Below are positions 40,139 to 49,575 of a stretch of DNA of 64,000 bases, piece by piece. The translations under genes were made by a program, and so were the position numbers. The first letter of the stretch is position 1. Each line of letters opens with the position of its first letter. The DNA comes from Candidatus Cloacimonadales bacterium (GTDB taxonomy: Bacteria; Cloacimonadota; Cloacimonadia; Cloacimonadales; JAFGVF01), in NCBI GenBank assembly GCA_963677495.2, contig CAXXOU010000001.1, positions 192,001 through 256,000 on the forward strand, in the 5' to 3' direction. The notes under the pieces are model-generated. The model worked only from the letters and a program-made list of their open reading frames with translations, was not told where the DNA came from and ran no database searches.

Positions 40139-40798
40139 ATGTTTAAAGGTATAGTATTTGATTTAGATGGGACACTTTTAGATACTCTTAGAGATATAAG
40201 AGTATCAATAAACAGGTTATTAGAGAAGGATGGATATCCAACTCATACTTTGGCAGAGTATCACAAGTTTGTTGGTGCAGGGATTTATCATCTGTGTCAA
40301 TCTGCTATGCCGGAAACGGCAAGAGATGACGCAAATGTGAAGAGATATATTGAACTTTTTAGGGAAGACTATAGCACGAATTGGCATGATGAGACAATTC
40401 CTTATCCCGGTATTTCTGAGTTGTTGGCTAATCTGCAGGAGATGGGAATAGAGATGGCAATTTTATCCAATAAACCCGATTATTTTGTAAAGCCTATGCT
40501 TGATTACTACTTCCCTGAAATCGATTTCATCCATGCTCAAGGTAATGTACCTGAGTTACCGGCAAAACCTGACAAGGAATCAGCAACTTATGTATTAAAT
40601 GCACTTACATATAAACCTGAGCAGTATCTATTCATAGGTGACTCTGATATTGATATCTTCACAGGGCACAACATAGGAATGAAAAGTGTTGGAGTAACTT
40701 GGGGGTTCAGAACAACAGAGGAACTTAAAGAAGCTGGTGCAGATTGGCTTGTCTATTCTGCACAAGAGATATTGGAGATTGTGGAAGGTAAAAGATAA
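40139..40798 (+). CDS. HAD family hydrolase (phosphoglycolate phosphatase-like)
   Basis: FDLDGTLLDT, LSNK, KPD, IGDSDIDI, VTWGF. Confidence 0.92.
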   Translation: MFKGIVFDLDGTLLDTLRDIRVSINRLLEKDGYPTHTLAEYHKFVGAGIYHLCQSAMPETARDDANVKRYIELFREDYSTNWHDETIPYPGISELLANLQEMGIEMAILSNKPDYFVKPMLDYYFPEIDFIHAQGNVPELPAKPDKESATYVLNALTYKPEQYLFIGDSDIDIFTGHNIGMKSVGVTWGFRTTEELKEAGADWLVYSAQEILEIVEGKR

Positions 40799-40871
40799 GG
40801 CTTTATCCCAGCAGGGTCGCAAGTAAAACGTCTCTCTGGGGTGTTGGTCTCAGCCGAGACTGCTGAGTTTC

Positions 40872-40957
40872 GGCAGTTTGCACAGAATCAAGGGAGTTTG
40901 CCAGAGCTGAACGATAGAGAAGCGAAAGCGGACTTCTTGGATTCTGTGCAAACTGCC
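40872..40957. mobile_element. 86-bp MITE-like element with perfect 18-bp terminal inverted repeats
   Basis: ggcagtttgcacagaatc (40872-40889) / gattctgtgcaaactgcc (40940-40957). Confidence 0.55.
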
Positions 40958-41127
40958 TTGATTCAGTGGATAGTTTTCAAAAACTTAAAACTAAATGTTT
41001 AAATTGAGGAAGTCTAATCTCTATAAAATACAATAAATTATCCATTTATCTTGACATATAATGAGGGTGCAAAATATTTTGATTCGCTATAAAGTATAGT
41101 TAAAGTGAATATGGAAAAGGAGAAACG

Positions 41128-41553
41128 ATGAAAACACTGACTCCGAAACCTGACCAGATCCAGCATAACTGGATACTGATTGACGCAACGGATCAGACTC
41201 TGGGTAGACTTTCTACTAAAGTAGCTTCTATACTTCGCGGTAAGACAAAACCTTACTTTGCACCAAACCTTGATTGTGGTGACTATGTTGTCATTATCAA
41301 TGCAGAGAAGATTGTTGTAACCGGAAGTAAAGAACTTCAGAAAGTATATCAGGATTATAGTGGTTTTCCAGGTGGTTTAAGAGAAACCAGCTACGCAAAC
41401 ATGCGTGAGAACAAACCGGAAGAGATAATCCGCAGAGCAGTAAAAGGAATGATGCCAAAGAATATTCTTGGCCGTCAGATGATGACAAAATTAAAAATTT
41501 ACACAGGTTCTGAGCATCCACATGAAGCCCAGAAACCGGTTGCATTATCTTAG
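41128..41553 (+). CDS. rplM: 50S ribosomal protein L13
   Basis: W.LIDA...LGRL...ILRGK.KP...GDYVVIINAEK...HPHEAQKP. Confidence 0.98.
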   Translation: MKTLTPKPDQIQHNWILIDATDQTLGRLSTKVASILRGKTKPYFAPNLDCGDYVVIINAEKIVVTGSKELQKVYQDYSGFPGGLRETSYANMRENKPEEIIRRAVKGMMPKNILGRQMMTKLKIYTGSEHPHEAQKPVALS

Positions 41554-41564
41554 GAGGATACTGA

Positions 41565-41951
41565 ATGCAATATTTTGACGCTACCGGTAGAAGAAAAGAT
41601 GCTGTCGCAAGAGTACGTCTTACACCCGGAACCGGCAAAAGAATCATCAATAACCGTCTTATGAAAGATTACCTTCAGCGTGAAGTGCTTTCAATGATGG
41701 TTGAGCAACCATTCAACGTAGTTGAGCTTGGTGACAAGTTTGACCTTAAAGTGAATGTTTGCGGTGGTGGTTTAACCGGTCAAGCCGGCGCTATCAGACA
41801 TGGAGTATCAAGAGCACTCGTTTTATATGATGAGGAATTGAGAAAAGCTCTTAAGAAACGTGGTTTCCTTACTCGTGACCCTCGTATGGTTGAGAGAAAG
41901 AAACCGGGTCGTCCAAAAGCACGTAAGAGATTCCAGTTCTCTAAACGTTAA
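41565..41951 (+). CDS. rpsI: 30S ribosomal protein S9
   Basis: [11 protein letters not shown]...[14 protein letters not shown]...QFSKR. Confidence 0.98.
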   Translation: MQYFDATGRRKDAVARVRLTPGTGKRIINNRLMKDYLQREVLSMMVEQPFNVVELGDKFDLKVNVCGGGLTGQAGAIRHGVSRALVLYDEELRKALKKRGFLTRDPRMVERKKPGRPKARKRFQFSKR

Positions 41952-41964
41952 TCAGCTCATAATC

Positions 41965-42053
41965 TACCAAAAAACCGTAGTGGGAGTTGTAAGGCGGTGT
42001 TTCCATTTAGTTTGGGAACTGAATTACGTATATCCCGGTGCGGAAATCTAACC
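41965..42053 (+). promoter_or_regulatory. rpsB leader (t44/S2 autoregulatory RNA-like)
   Basis: Located just before rpsB; ccgta...tgcgg outer stem, ggga/tccc stem, GGCGGTG followed by a hairpin, and 3' TAACC. Confidence 0.6.
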
Positions 42054-42074
42054 GTATATTAAGGAGAAATTAGA

Positions 42075-42899
42075 ATGTCTGTGGTTTCTATGAAACAACT
42101 GCTCGAGGCTGGTGTACATTTTGGTCATCAGACTCAGAAATGGAACCCTAAAATGAAGAAATATATCTTCATCAAAAGAAACGGGATTCATATTCTTGAT
42201 TTAAAGCAAACCGTTGATTCAATCAACGATGCATATCAGTTTTTAAAAGACGTTGCCAGCAGAGGTGAACAGATCCTTTTTGTTGGAACAAAGAAACAGG
42301 CTCAGGACGCAGTTAAAATGGCTGCTGAAAAAGCTGAAGTATTTTACGTAAACAACCGCTGGCTTGGTGGTATGCTTACAAACATGAAGACTATCCGTCA
42401 ATCCGTTGAAAAAATGGAATATTATGAGGATATCGTTGAAGACGGCACTATCTCAAGTTTCACTAAACTTGAAGCTGTTAAAATGAAAAGAGTCCATGAC
42501 AAGATTGAAAAGAACCTTGGTGGAATTCGTGGTTTGAATAGAGTACCTGGTGCTGTATTCTGCGTTGACATCATGCATGAAGGCATTGCTATCCACGAAG
42601 CTAGAAAACTTGGTGTTCCAATCATTGCTATGGTTGATACTAATAGTGATCCTGATTTAGTGGACTATGTAATCCCATCTAATGATGACGCTATCCGTGC
42701 TATTCACCTTATCTCTGACATTATGGCTAAAGCTGTAATCGAAGGAAAACAGATGATGGGTGAAGGTATGCAGGCTGAAGATGCAGTTGAAGGTGAAGAA
42801 GTTACTGAAGAAGTAATCGAAGAAAAAGCACCAGAAGCTGTTGAAGAAGTAGAGAATAAACCGGAAGAAGCTGTTAAAACAGAAGAATCCGCGGAATAA
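42075..42899 (+). CDS. rpsB: 30S ribosomal protein S2
   Basis: LLEAGVHFGHQT...RWLGGMLTN...DTNSDPD; acidic tail. Confidence 0.98.
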   Translation: MSVVSMKQLLEAGVHFGHQTQKWNPKMKKYIFIKRNGIHILDLKQTVDSINDAYQFLKDVASRGEQILFVGTKKQAQDAVKMAAEKAEVFYVNNRWLGGMLTNMKTIRQSVEKMEYYEDIVEDGTISSFTKLEAVKMKRVHDKIEKNLGGIRGLNRVPGAVFCVDIMHEGIAIHEARKLGVPIIAMVDTNSDPDLVDYVIPSNDDAIRAIHLISDIMAKAVIEGKQMMGEGMQAEDAVEGEEVTEEVIEEKAPEAVEEVENKPEEAVKTEESAE

Positions 42900-42906
42900 A
42901 CTTTAC

Positions 42907-42937
42907 GAGGGAAAGCTTCAGCTTTCCCTCTCTTTTT
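42907..42937 (+). terminator. Intrinsic terminator-like hairpin between rpsB and tsf
   Basis: gagggaaagc-ttca-gctttccctc followed by tcttttt. Confidence 0.75.
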
Positions 42938-42980
42938 GTTTAATCATTTAACTAATAATATAAAATATAAGGAGTTTCCT

Positions 42981-43577
42981 ATGGCTAAAATCTCTGCAGC
43001 TGATGTAAAAAAACTTCGTGAACTTACAGGCGTAGGCATGATGGATTGTAAGAAAGCTTTGACTGAGAAAGATGGTAACCTTGACGAGGCTGTTAAATAT
43101 CTTCGTGAAAAAGGTCTCAGTAAAGCTGCTAAAAAAGCAGATCGTGAAACACATGAAGGACTTATCTATTCATACGTTCACACAAACGGCAAAGTTGGTG
43201 CTATGGTTGAAATGAGTTGCGAAACTGACTTCGTAGCTAGAACAGAAGCTTTCCAAGCACTTTGCAAAGATATCTGTATGCAGATCGTTGCAACAAACCC
43301 AATCGCAGTTAATGGTGATGACATTGATGATTCAACAATCCAAGCTGAAGCTGAGATTGCTAGAAATAAAGCTATCAATGATGGCAAACCTGAAAAAATT
43401 ATCGACCGTATCGTTGAAGGTATCGTAGGTAAATTCAGACAGGAAAATGCTCTTATGGAACAGGATTTCATTAAAGATTCTGATAAGAAAGTTTCTGACG
43501 TAATGAATGAAGCAATCATGTCTCTCGGAGAGAATATCAAGATTGCTCGTTTTGCAAGACTTTCACTTGGTGAATAA
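42981..43577 (+). CDS. tsf: Elongation factor Ts, short form (start revised to ATG 42981)
   Basis: AAGGAG RBS; VKKLRELTGVGMMDCKKAL; CETDFVA. Confidence 0.96.
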   Translation: MAKISAADVKKLRELTGVGMMDCKKALTEKDGNLDEAVKYLREKGLSKAAKKADRETHEGLIYSYVHTNGKVGAMVEMSCETDFVARTEAFQALCKDICMQIVATNPIAVNGDDIDDSTIQAEAEIARNKAINDGKPEKIIDRIVEGIVGKFRQENALMEQDFIKDSDKKVSDVMNEAIMSLGENIKIARFARLSLGE

Positions 43578-43598
43578 TTAAGGTTGAGGTGCAGGTCT

Positions 43599-44324
43599 AT
43601 GGATAGATATACTCCCGGAAATATTCAACGTGTTATCTTTAAACTGAGTGGCGAAATCCTTGCAGGTGACAAAGGTTTCGGATTTGATGATGCAGTTGTT
43701 GATTCAATCACTGATGATATCATCGAATTACGTAAACTTGGTGTTTCAGTAGGAATCGTACTTGGTGGTGGCAATATCTTCCGTGGCGGAAGCATGACTA
43801 ATATGTCACTGGACAGAACTGTCCTCGATAATATCGGAATGCTTGCAACTATCCAGAATGCTCTCTATCTTGCTGAAGTTATTACTCGTAAAAACCACAG
43901 AGCTGAAGTTTTCTCTGCTATCCAAGCAGATAAAATTGCTAAATTCTATACACCAGGTCGTGTAAAGACAGCTCTAAAAGAAGGAAGAATCTGCTTCCTT
44001 TGTGGTGGTACAGGTAATCCATTCTTCACTACTGATACAGCTGCTGTTCTTAGAGCAATCGAACTGAATGCCGGACTGGTTCTGAAAGGAACAAAAGTCG
44101 ATGGTGTTTATTCTGCTGATCCGGTTAAAGTTCCGGATGCAGTTAAATATGATAGTTTATCATACGATGAAGCACTTATGAAAGAATTAAGAATTATGGA
44201 TATGACTGCCTTCTCTCTCGCCAGAGAACATGATTTGACCATAAAAGTTTTTGATGTAACGAAGAAAGGAAATGTCCGGAACGCACTTCTGGAACAAACA
44301 ACCGGCACAATTATTCATAAGTAA
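43599..44324 (+). CDS. pyrH: UMP kinase
   Basis: KLSGE, GGGNIFRG, GTGNPFFTTDTAA, KVDGVY. Confidence 0.97.
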   Translation: MDRYTPGNIQRVIFKLSGEILAGDKGFGFDDAVVDSITDDIIELRKLGVSVGIVLGGGNIFRGGSMTNMSLDRTVLDNIGMLATIQNALYLAEVITRKNHRAEVFSAIQADKIAKFYTPGRVKTALKEGRICFLCGGTGNPFFTTDTAAVLRAIELNAGLVLKGTKVDGVYSADPVKVPDAVKYDSLSYDEALMKELRIMDMTAFSLAREHDLTIKVFDVTKKGNVRNALLEQTTGTIIHK

Positions 44325-44335
44325 TTGGGGGAATT

Positions 44336-44890
44336 ATGCAAGACTATATTAACGATATAGATAAGAAGATGGAAAAGTCCTTTGAGTCTCTCTTAGGTAA
44401 CTTTGCCAAAGTTAGAACAGGTAGAGCAAACGCCAGTGTTCTTGATAATATCAAGATTAACTATTACGGTGCTCCAACTCCTGTTAAACAGTTATGTAAC
44501 ATCAGTATTCCTGAAGCAAGAATGATCGTTCTTCAGCCTTGGGATAAAACTACATTAGCTGAGATCGAAAAAGCGATTTATGCTGCTAATTTAGGCGTTA
44601 CACCTGAAAATGATGGCAACATAATCCGTCTTCCTTTCCAAGCTCTTACTGAAGATAAACGTAAAGAGATTGTGAAACAAGTTAAGCAGATGGGCGAAGA
44701 AGCTAAGATAGCTGTTCGCAACATCCGCAGAGATGCTAACGACCATATTAAGAAAGCCAAGAAGAATTCTGATATCACTGAAGATGATGAGAAGATGTAT
44801 CTCAAGAATACTCAGGATAAAACAGACAAGTGGATTTCTAAAGTGGATGAAGCTATCTCTAATAAAGAAAAAGAGATAATGGAAGTTTAA
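44336..44890 (+). CDS. frr: Ribosome recycling factor
   Basis: VRTGRAN, YYGAPTP, AVRNIRRDAND. Confidence 0.97.
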   Translation: MQDYINDIDKKMEKSFESLLGNFAKVRTGRANASVLDNIKINYYGAPTPVKQLCNISIPEARMIVLQPWDKTTLAEIEKAIYAANLGVTPENDGNIIRLPFQALTEDKRKEIVKQVKQMGEEAKIAVRNIRRDANDHIKKAKKNSDITEDDEKMYLKNTQDKTDKWISKVDEAISNKEKEIMEV

Positions 44891-44940
44891 TCACTTCCTG
44901 ATATATTTCAAGCCCCTTGTTCGCAAGGGGCTTTTTTGAT
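44882..44940 (+). repeat. 59-bp direct repeat, copy 1 (frr 3' end plus intrinsic terminator)
   Basis: gaagtttaatcacttcctgatatatttcaagccccttgttcgcaaggggcttttttgat; 56/59 identical to 46479-46537. Confidence 0.93.
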
Positions 44941-45072
44941 TACTTTTTTTATCTTGACGAATGATTATTAAATATATAAATTTGCTATATTGAAATTGAG
45001 GGTTGAATGGATATAAGGATTAGAGCCTTCTATTAAACATAATCATAGTACATTCCCTCTTGAAGGAACTAT

Positions 45073-46479
45073 ATGAAAGCATTAATACTCATACTTTGCT
45101 TAATTAGTTGCAATTGCGTCATTGCCTTAGAATTTGATATTCCTCGTTTACCTGAATCAATTGATGTATCAGATATTGATTTAGATGGGAATTATGATGT
45201 TGCAATAGGGCATTCTTCGAGTTTAGGAGCTCCAACAATTACTATTCTTTCAAATTTCGAAGGGACAGAGTTTACATTCATAGATTCTTCAATAGTATAT
45301 CAGTCCTACATTGAAGCTATCCAATTTGCTTGTATAGATGGTGATGAATACCCAGATTTAGTTGCAACTTTTTCTGATTATATTGCTCCAACAGATTTCA
45401 ACAATTTAAGAGTTTACTATAATGATGAGAATGGATATCAATTACCAACAGATTATTTGATAACAACAAATTCAGGGCCTAAAAGATTCTCTTGTGCTGA
45501 TGTAACTGGGGATGGTCTAGATGATGTCATATTTATTTCCAATCACGATATGCTTTGTGCTTCAATGCTAAACTTGAGCAATTGTCAGTTTATGCCTGCA
45601 ACAATTTTAAATTTAGGATTCCCACCTCAAAACATAACGAGTGGAGACCTTACGGGAAATGGATGTGATGATATACTAATATCCGGAAATCCCACAATCT
45701 TTAGCTACACTGATGGACAGTGGGAATCTCAGATTCTTGAGGATGGATTAATAAATATGTACTCAGAAATAAGTGATTTGGATAATGACGGGGATAACGA
45801 CATTATTACCTATACAACACCTATGATGGGGGATGATTATGAGTTAAGAATTTTCGAGAATCAATCAGGGCAATTCGTTTTTCATTCATTGCATGTTTAT
45901 TCATTTCCAAGTGCGTTAGAGGTATTTGATCATAACAATGATAACCTTCCAGATTTCCTGTTGGCAAATAAGTTAGTTACTAATCTTGGAAATTTTACCT
46001 TTTCTGAACCCGATACGCTTCTTCTTGTCGGGAATGATAATGCCTTTGCAGATTTAGATCATAATGGATATTTAGACATTCTTGGAGTTGTTGCTAATTA
46101 TGGTGAAAATCGAGGGGTTTTAAGAATTCTCTTTAATGATGGGATGGGAAATTTTCTACCCGAACCTCCAACTGGGATTGAAGAAGAAACTAACCCATTG
46201 ATAGGAAGTATTGAGCTTATTTGTTACCCAAATCCATTCAACCCAACAACTACTATATCTTTCTCTATCCCAAAAGATGATAAGGTAGAGTTGTCAATCT
46301 ACAATATTAAAGGTCAGAAAGTGAAAATGCTTACTTCTGATCATTATTTAAAGGGTAATCATAGTGTTGTATGGAATGGAACTGATAAAAATGATAAATC
46401 AGTTGCAAGTGGTGTGTATTTCTACAGACTTAAGACTTCTGATAAGACATATTCCAAGAAAATGATGCTATTAAAGTAG
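45073..46479 (+). CDS. FG-GAP/VCBS repeat secreted protein with CTD
   Basis: Repeated DxDxDGxx[10 protein letters not shown]...ASGVYFYRL...KKMMLLK; TTGACG-17-TAAATT promoter candidate near 44955. Confidence 0.88.
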   Translation: MKALILILCLISCNCVIALEFDIPRLPESIDVSDIDLDGNYDVAIGHSSSLGAPTITILSNFEGTEFTFIDSSIVYQSYIEAIQFACIDGDEYPDLVATFSDYIAPTDFNNLRVYYNDENGYQLPTDYLITTNSGPKRFSCADVTGDGLDDVIFISNHDMLCASMLNLSNCQFMPATILNLGFPPQNITSGDLTGNGCDDILISGNPTIFSYTDGQWESQILEDGLINMYSEISDLDNDGDNDIITYTTPMMGDDYELRIFENQSGQFVFHSLHVYSFPSALEVFDHNNDNLPDFLLANKLVTNLGNFTFSEPDTLLLVGNDNAFADLDHNGYLDILGVVANYGENRGVLRILFNDGMGNFLPEPPTGIEEETNPLIGSIELICYPNPFNPTTTISFSIPKDDKVELSIYNIKGQKVKMLTSDHYLKGNHSVVWNGTDKNDKSVASGVYFYRLKTSDKTYSKKMMLLK

Positions 46480-46537
46480 AAGTTTAAGCACTTCCTCATA
46501 TATTTCTAGCCCCTTGTTCGCAAGGGGCTTTTTTGAT
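46479..46537 (+). repeat. 59-bp direct repeat, copy 2 (includes terminator)
   Basis: gaagtttaagcacttcctcatatatttctagccccttgttcgcaaggggcttttttgat. Confidence 0.93.
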
Positions 46538-46544
46538 ATAATAT

Positions 46545-46770
46545 TGGGCGACTCTGTCAGAGTTGGATTGTTTCGGGAACTTGCCCATAGGTTGAAACCT
46601 ATGGCAAACAATGGGGAACCCTTTCCAGGTTCAGATGCATAATCCCTTTTAAAGGTTACCTGTACCCTAGAGAAATATGATTATCCTGAAAGGATAACCC
46701 AATGTTAGCCATGGTGCTTTAGCCCATGGATATAAATACCCCATCAACACGACCCTGACGGGGTCGTCCT
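46545..46770. repeat. REPIN-like nested palindromic element (second REP family)
   Basis: cgactctgtcagagttg mirrors cgaccctgacggggtcg; ccataggttgaaacctatggcaaaca mirrors tgttagccatggtgctttagcccatgg; internal atcctgaaaggat hairpin. Confidence 0.7.
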
Positions 46771-46852
46771 AACAAGTATTAGCAACAAATCTATTGACAC
46801 CACATATCCTCCCTCACTCTTTTAACAAAACTGTTTATATTAAGGAGCCAAG

Positions 46853-47926
46853 ATGAAGAAGACCATTATCGCACTTGTTTTAGTTATTCAATCTCTTATG
46901 CTTATAGCTGAGGAACCCTGGAAGGACTTTATCCCGGAACCTAAGAACAATGCATTTCCAAAGAAGTACTTTTGTCAGAAGGTAGAAAAAGCCCCGATTA
47001 TTGATGGTAAAATCGATGATGCAGAGTGGGAATTAGCAGAATGGACGGATAAGTTTGTGGATATTGAGGGGTCAAGAAAGCCTAATCCTGAGTTCAAGAC
47101 TGCTGTAAAAATGCTTTGGGATAACGAATATTTCTATTTCGCATGCAGGATGGAAGAACCGCATGTTTGGGCAAAGCTGAAAGAGAGAGACTCTGTAATC
47201 TTCTACGATAATGACTTCGAAATCTTCATCGATCCTGACGGAGATACAAAGAACTATTACGAGTTCGAGATGAACGCTTTCAATACAGTTTGGGATCTTC
47301 TTCTTATAAATGCCTATAGAGATGGTGGTCCTGCAGCTATAGACTCATGGGATATTCAAGGCTTGAAGACTGCTGTCCATATCGATGGTACTATAAATGA
47401 CCCATCAGATGTAGATAAAGGCTGGAGCGTAGAGGTAGCATTGCCTTGGAAAGTGTTGGAAGAGTGTGCACAGGGTGCTCCACCAAAACCGGGTGATATT
47501 TGGAGAGTGAACTTCTCTAGAGTTCAATGGGATACCGACATTGTTGATGGTGATTACGTTAAGAGGAAAGCTCCGGAGCACAACTGGGTTTGGTCACCTC
47601 AAGGTTTAATCAACATGCACTATCCTGAGATGTGGGGATTTGTTCAATTCCAGGAAAATAACCAACCTGAGTTCGCAAAAGAGACAATCATGTTAGAGAA
47701 GATCAAGTGGCAGTTAAGAAGACTCTACTACAAAGAGTACACATACAGACTTAAACATGGAGAGTACACGGACATCCCTCGCGATATGGGTCTGGATGTT
47801 AGCCGTGAGTTCCCGCCACCATCAATATTTATTACACCTAACTGGTTTGAAGCTCGCATTATTCACAAAGGATATTTCGTATATATCCAAGCTGACGGTA
47901 AAGTATGGTGGGAGAAGAAAGAATGA
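46853..47926 (+). CDS. Secreted carbohydrate-binding family 9 (CBM9/DOMON-like) protein
   Basis: PIIDGKIDDAEW...KMLWDNEYFY...DNDFEIFIDPDGD...YYEFEMN...WRVNFSR...MHYPEMWG. Confidence 0.85.
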   Translation: MKKTIIALVLVIQSLMLIAEEPWKDFIPEPKNNAFPKKYFCQKVEKAPIIDGKIDDAEWELAEWTDKFVDIEGSRKPNPEFKTAVKMLWDNEYFYFACRMEEPHVWAKLKERDSVIFYDNDFEIFIDPDGDTKNYYEFEMNAFNTVWDLLLINAYRDGGPAAIDSWDIQGLKTAVHIDGTINDPSDVDKGWSVEVALPWKVLEECAQGAPPKPGDIWRVNFSRVQWDTDIVDGDYVKRKAPEHNWVWSPQGLINMHYPEMWGFVQFQENNQPEFAKETIMLEKIKWQLRRLYYKEYTYRLKHGEYTDIPRDMGLDVSREFPPPSIFITPNWFEARIIHKGYFVYIQADGKVWWEKKE

Positions 47927-49173
47927 AGATTCTGATTAAGCAGGGATTACTAAATGGTCAACCTGTAGATCTTCTAGTTGATGGCAAATACATCGCTAGA
48001 ATAGACTCTAATATTGAGGAGGATGCTGACGTTACAATAGATGCAAGTGATAAGGCAATTCTACCACCATATGTGAATGCTCATACCCATGCAGCAATGA
48101 CCCTTCTCCGTGGTTATGCTGATGATATGGAGTTGATGGATTGGCTTCAAAACAAGATATGGCCCTTAGAAGCTAAACTCACTGAAGAAGATATTTATGT
48201 CGGAACTAAGCTTGCCTGCCTTGAGATGATTAAATCAGGTACTGCGTACTTTGTGGATATGTATTGGCATCTTCCGGGAATCGTAAAAGCAGTTGAAGAG
48301 ATGGGATTGAAAGCTCTGTTATCAGGTGTTATCATAGATTCTTTTGATGAGAAGCAAGCAGAAGCAATGCAAAAGAAGAACGAGAAACTATTCAAGGAAC
48401 TGAAATGGAGCGATAACGTGCAGTTCTGTCTGGGACCTCATGCAATATATACAGTTTCTGAGAAAAGCCTTAAATGGGTGCGCAATTTTGCTACAGAGCA
48501 TAAAATCCCTATCACTATCCATCTCTCAGAAACTGAGTATGTAGTTAGTGAATGTGAAAAGCGATATGGCATGCGTCCCGTTGAGTTTCTTGATAGCATC
48601 GGTTTCCTGGGTTCTGATGTAATCGCAGCTCATTGCGTGCATCTTTCAGATAAGGAGATAGAGATTCTAAAGAGAGACCAAGTAATCGTTGCTCATAATC
48701 CAATCTCGAATATGAAGCTTTGTTCCGGTGTAATGCCTTTCGAAAGATTAAGTAAAGCAGGTGTTGAGATAACGCTTGGAACTGATGGTTGTTCCTCAAA
48801 CAATAATCTCAATATGGCAGATGAGATGAAGATGATGGCATTAATACATAAAAGTGCTTCCGGTAATCCCAAACTTGCATCAGCAGATGAAGTTTATGCA
48901 TGTGCAACTGATAATAGAATTAAGCACCTCTTTCCTGAAACCGGTAAGATAGAGGCTGGCAAGCGTGCTGATCTTATCCTAGTAGATTTAACTCATCCTC
49001 AAATGCAGCCAAATCATAATCTTATCTCGAATCTGGTTTATTCCGGTACAGGTGATGTTGTTGATACAATGATTATAGATGGAAAAATTCTGATGCAAGA
49101 CAAACATGTTACCGATGAAGATGAGATTAGACAACAAGTAAAAAAGACTGTTCAGGAAATTCTAAGCAGATAA
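47923..49173 (+). CDS. Amidohydrolase, MtaD-like 5'-methylthioadenosine/SAH deaminase (start revised to ATG 47923)
   Basis: NAHTHAAM, RGYADD, PHAIY, IHLSET, AHCV, GTDGCSSNN. Confidence 0.88.
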   Translation: MKILIKQGLLNGQPVDLLVDGKYIARIDSNIEEDADVTIDASDKAILPPYVNAHTHAAMTLLRGYADDMELMDWLQNKIWPLEAKLTEEDIYVGTKLACLEMIKSGTAYFVDMYWHLPGIVKAVEEMGLKALLSGVIIDSFDEKQAEAMQKKNEKLFKELKWSDNVQFCLGPHAIYTVSEKSLKWVRNFATEHKIPITIHLSETEYVVSECEKRYGMRPVEFLDSIGFLGSDVIAAHCVHLSDKEIEILKRDQVIVAHNPISNMKLCSGVMPFERLSKAGVEITLGTDGCSSNNNLNMADEMKMMALIHKSASGNPKLASADEVYACATDNRIKHLFPETGKIEAGKRADLILVDLTHPQMQPNHNLISNLVYSGTGDVVDTMIIDGKILMQDKHVTDEDEIRQQVKKTVQEILSR

Positions 49174-49195
49174 TAAGAACTATTAGTAAATACAT

Positions 49196-49225
49196 AAGAC
49201 CGATGAAATCCCATCGGTCTTTTTT
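49196..49225 (+). terminator. Intrinsic terminator
   Basis: aagaccgatg-aaatcc-catcggtctt followed by T run. Confidence 0.85.
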
Positions 49226-49236
49226 CATATCCCCTC

Positions 49237-49382
49237 TTCATTGCACTATCATAATTCGTATCCTTTTCCACTCAATTTCTACCCGATTTCTTTCCTGTCT
49301 CTTGGCAATTTTACCCGGAGAGCCCCAAGAGACTCCCTAGATTCGATCAATTATTGGGTAGCAATTATGATAGAGCAATGAA
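49237..49382. mobile_element. 146-bp MITE-like element with 20-bp terminal inverted repeats
   Basis: ttcattgcactatcataatt / aattatgatagagcaatgaa (19/20 complementary). Confidence 0.55.
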
Positions 49383-49470
49383 AGTATAAAGATACTGAAA
49401 AAATACTCACTTTCGATATATTCGTGATATTGAGCAAGTTGCTCCTATTCCAGGTATCTGTGGCATTCCT

Positions 49471-49554
49471 GACCACGGGTTGACCACGGGTAAACCACGG
49501 GTTGACCACGGCTTCTGCCGTTTAGCCGTGGTTTGGCCGTGGTTATTCCATGGT
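49471..49554. repeat. Opposed 11-bp-period array (CCACGG x4, then CCRTGG x3)
   Basis: CCACGG at 49473, 49484, 49495, 49506; CCGTGG/CCATGG at 49526, 49537, 49548. Confidence 0.9.
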
Positions 49555-49575
49555 AAAGTATGCATTTGGAGTTAA

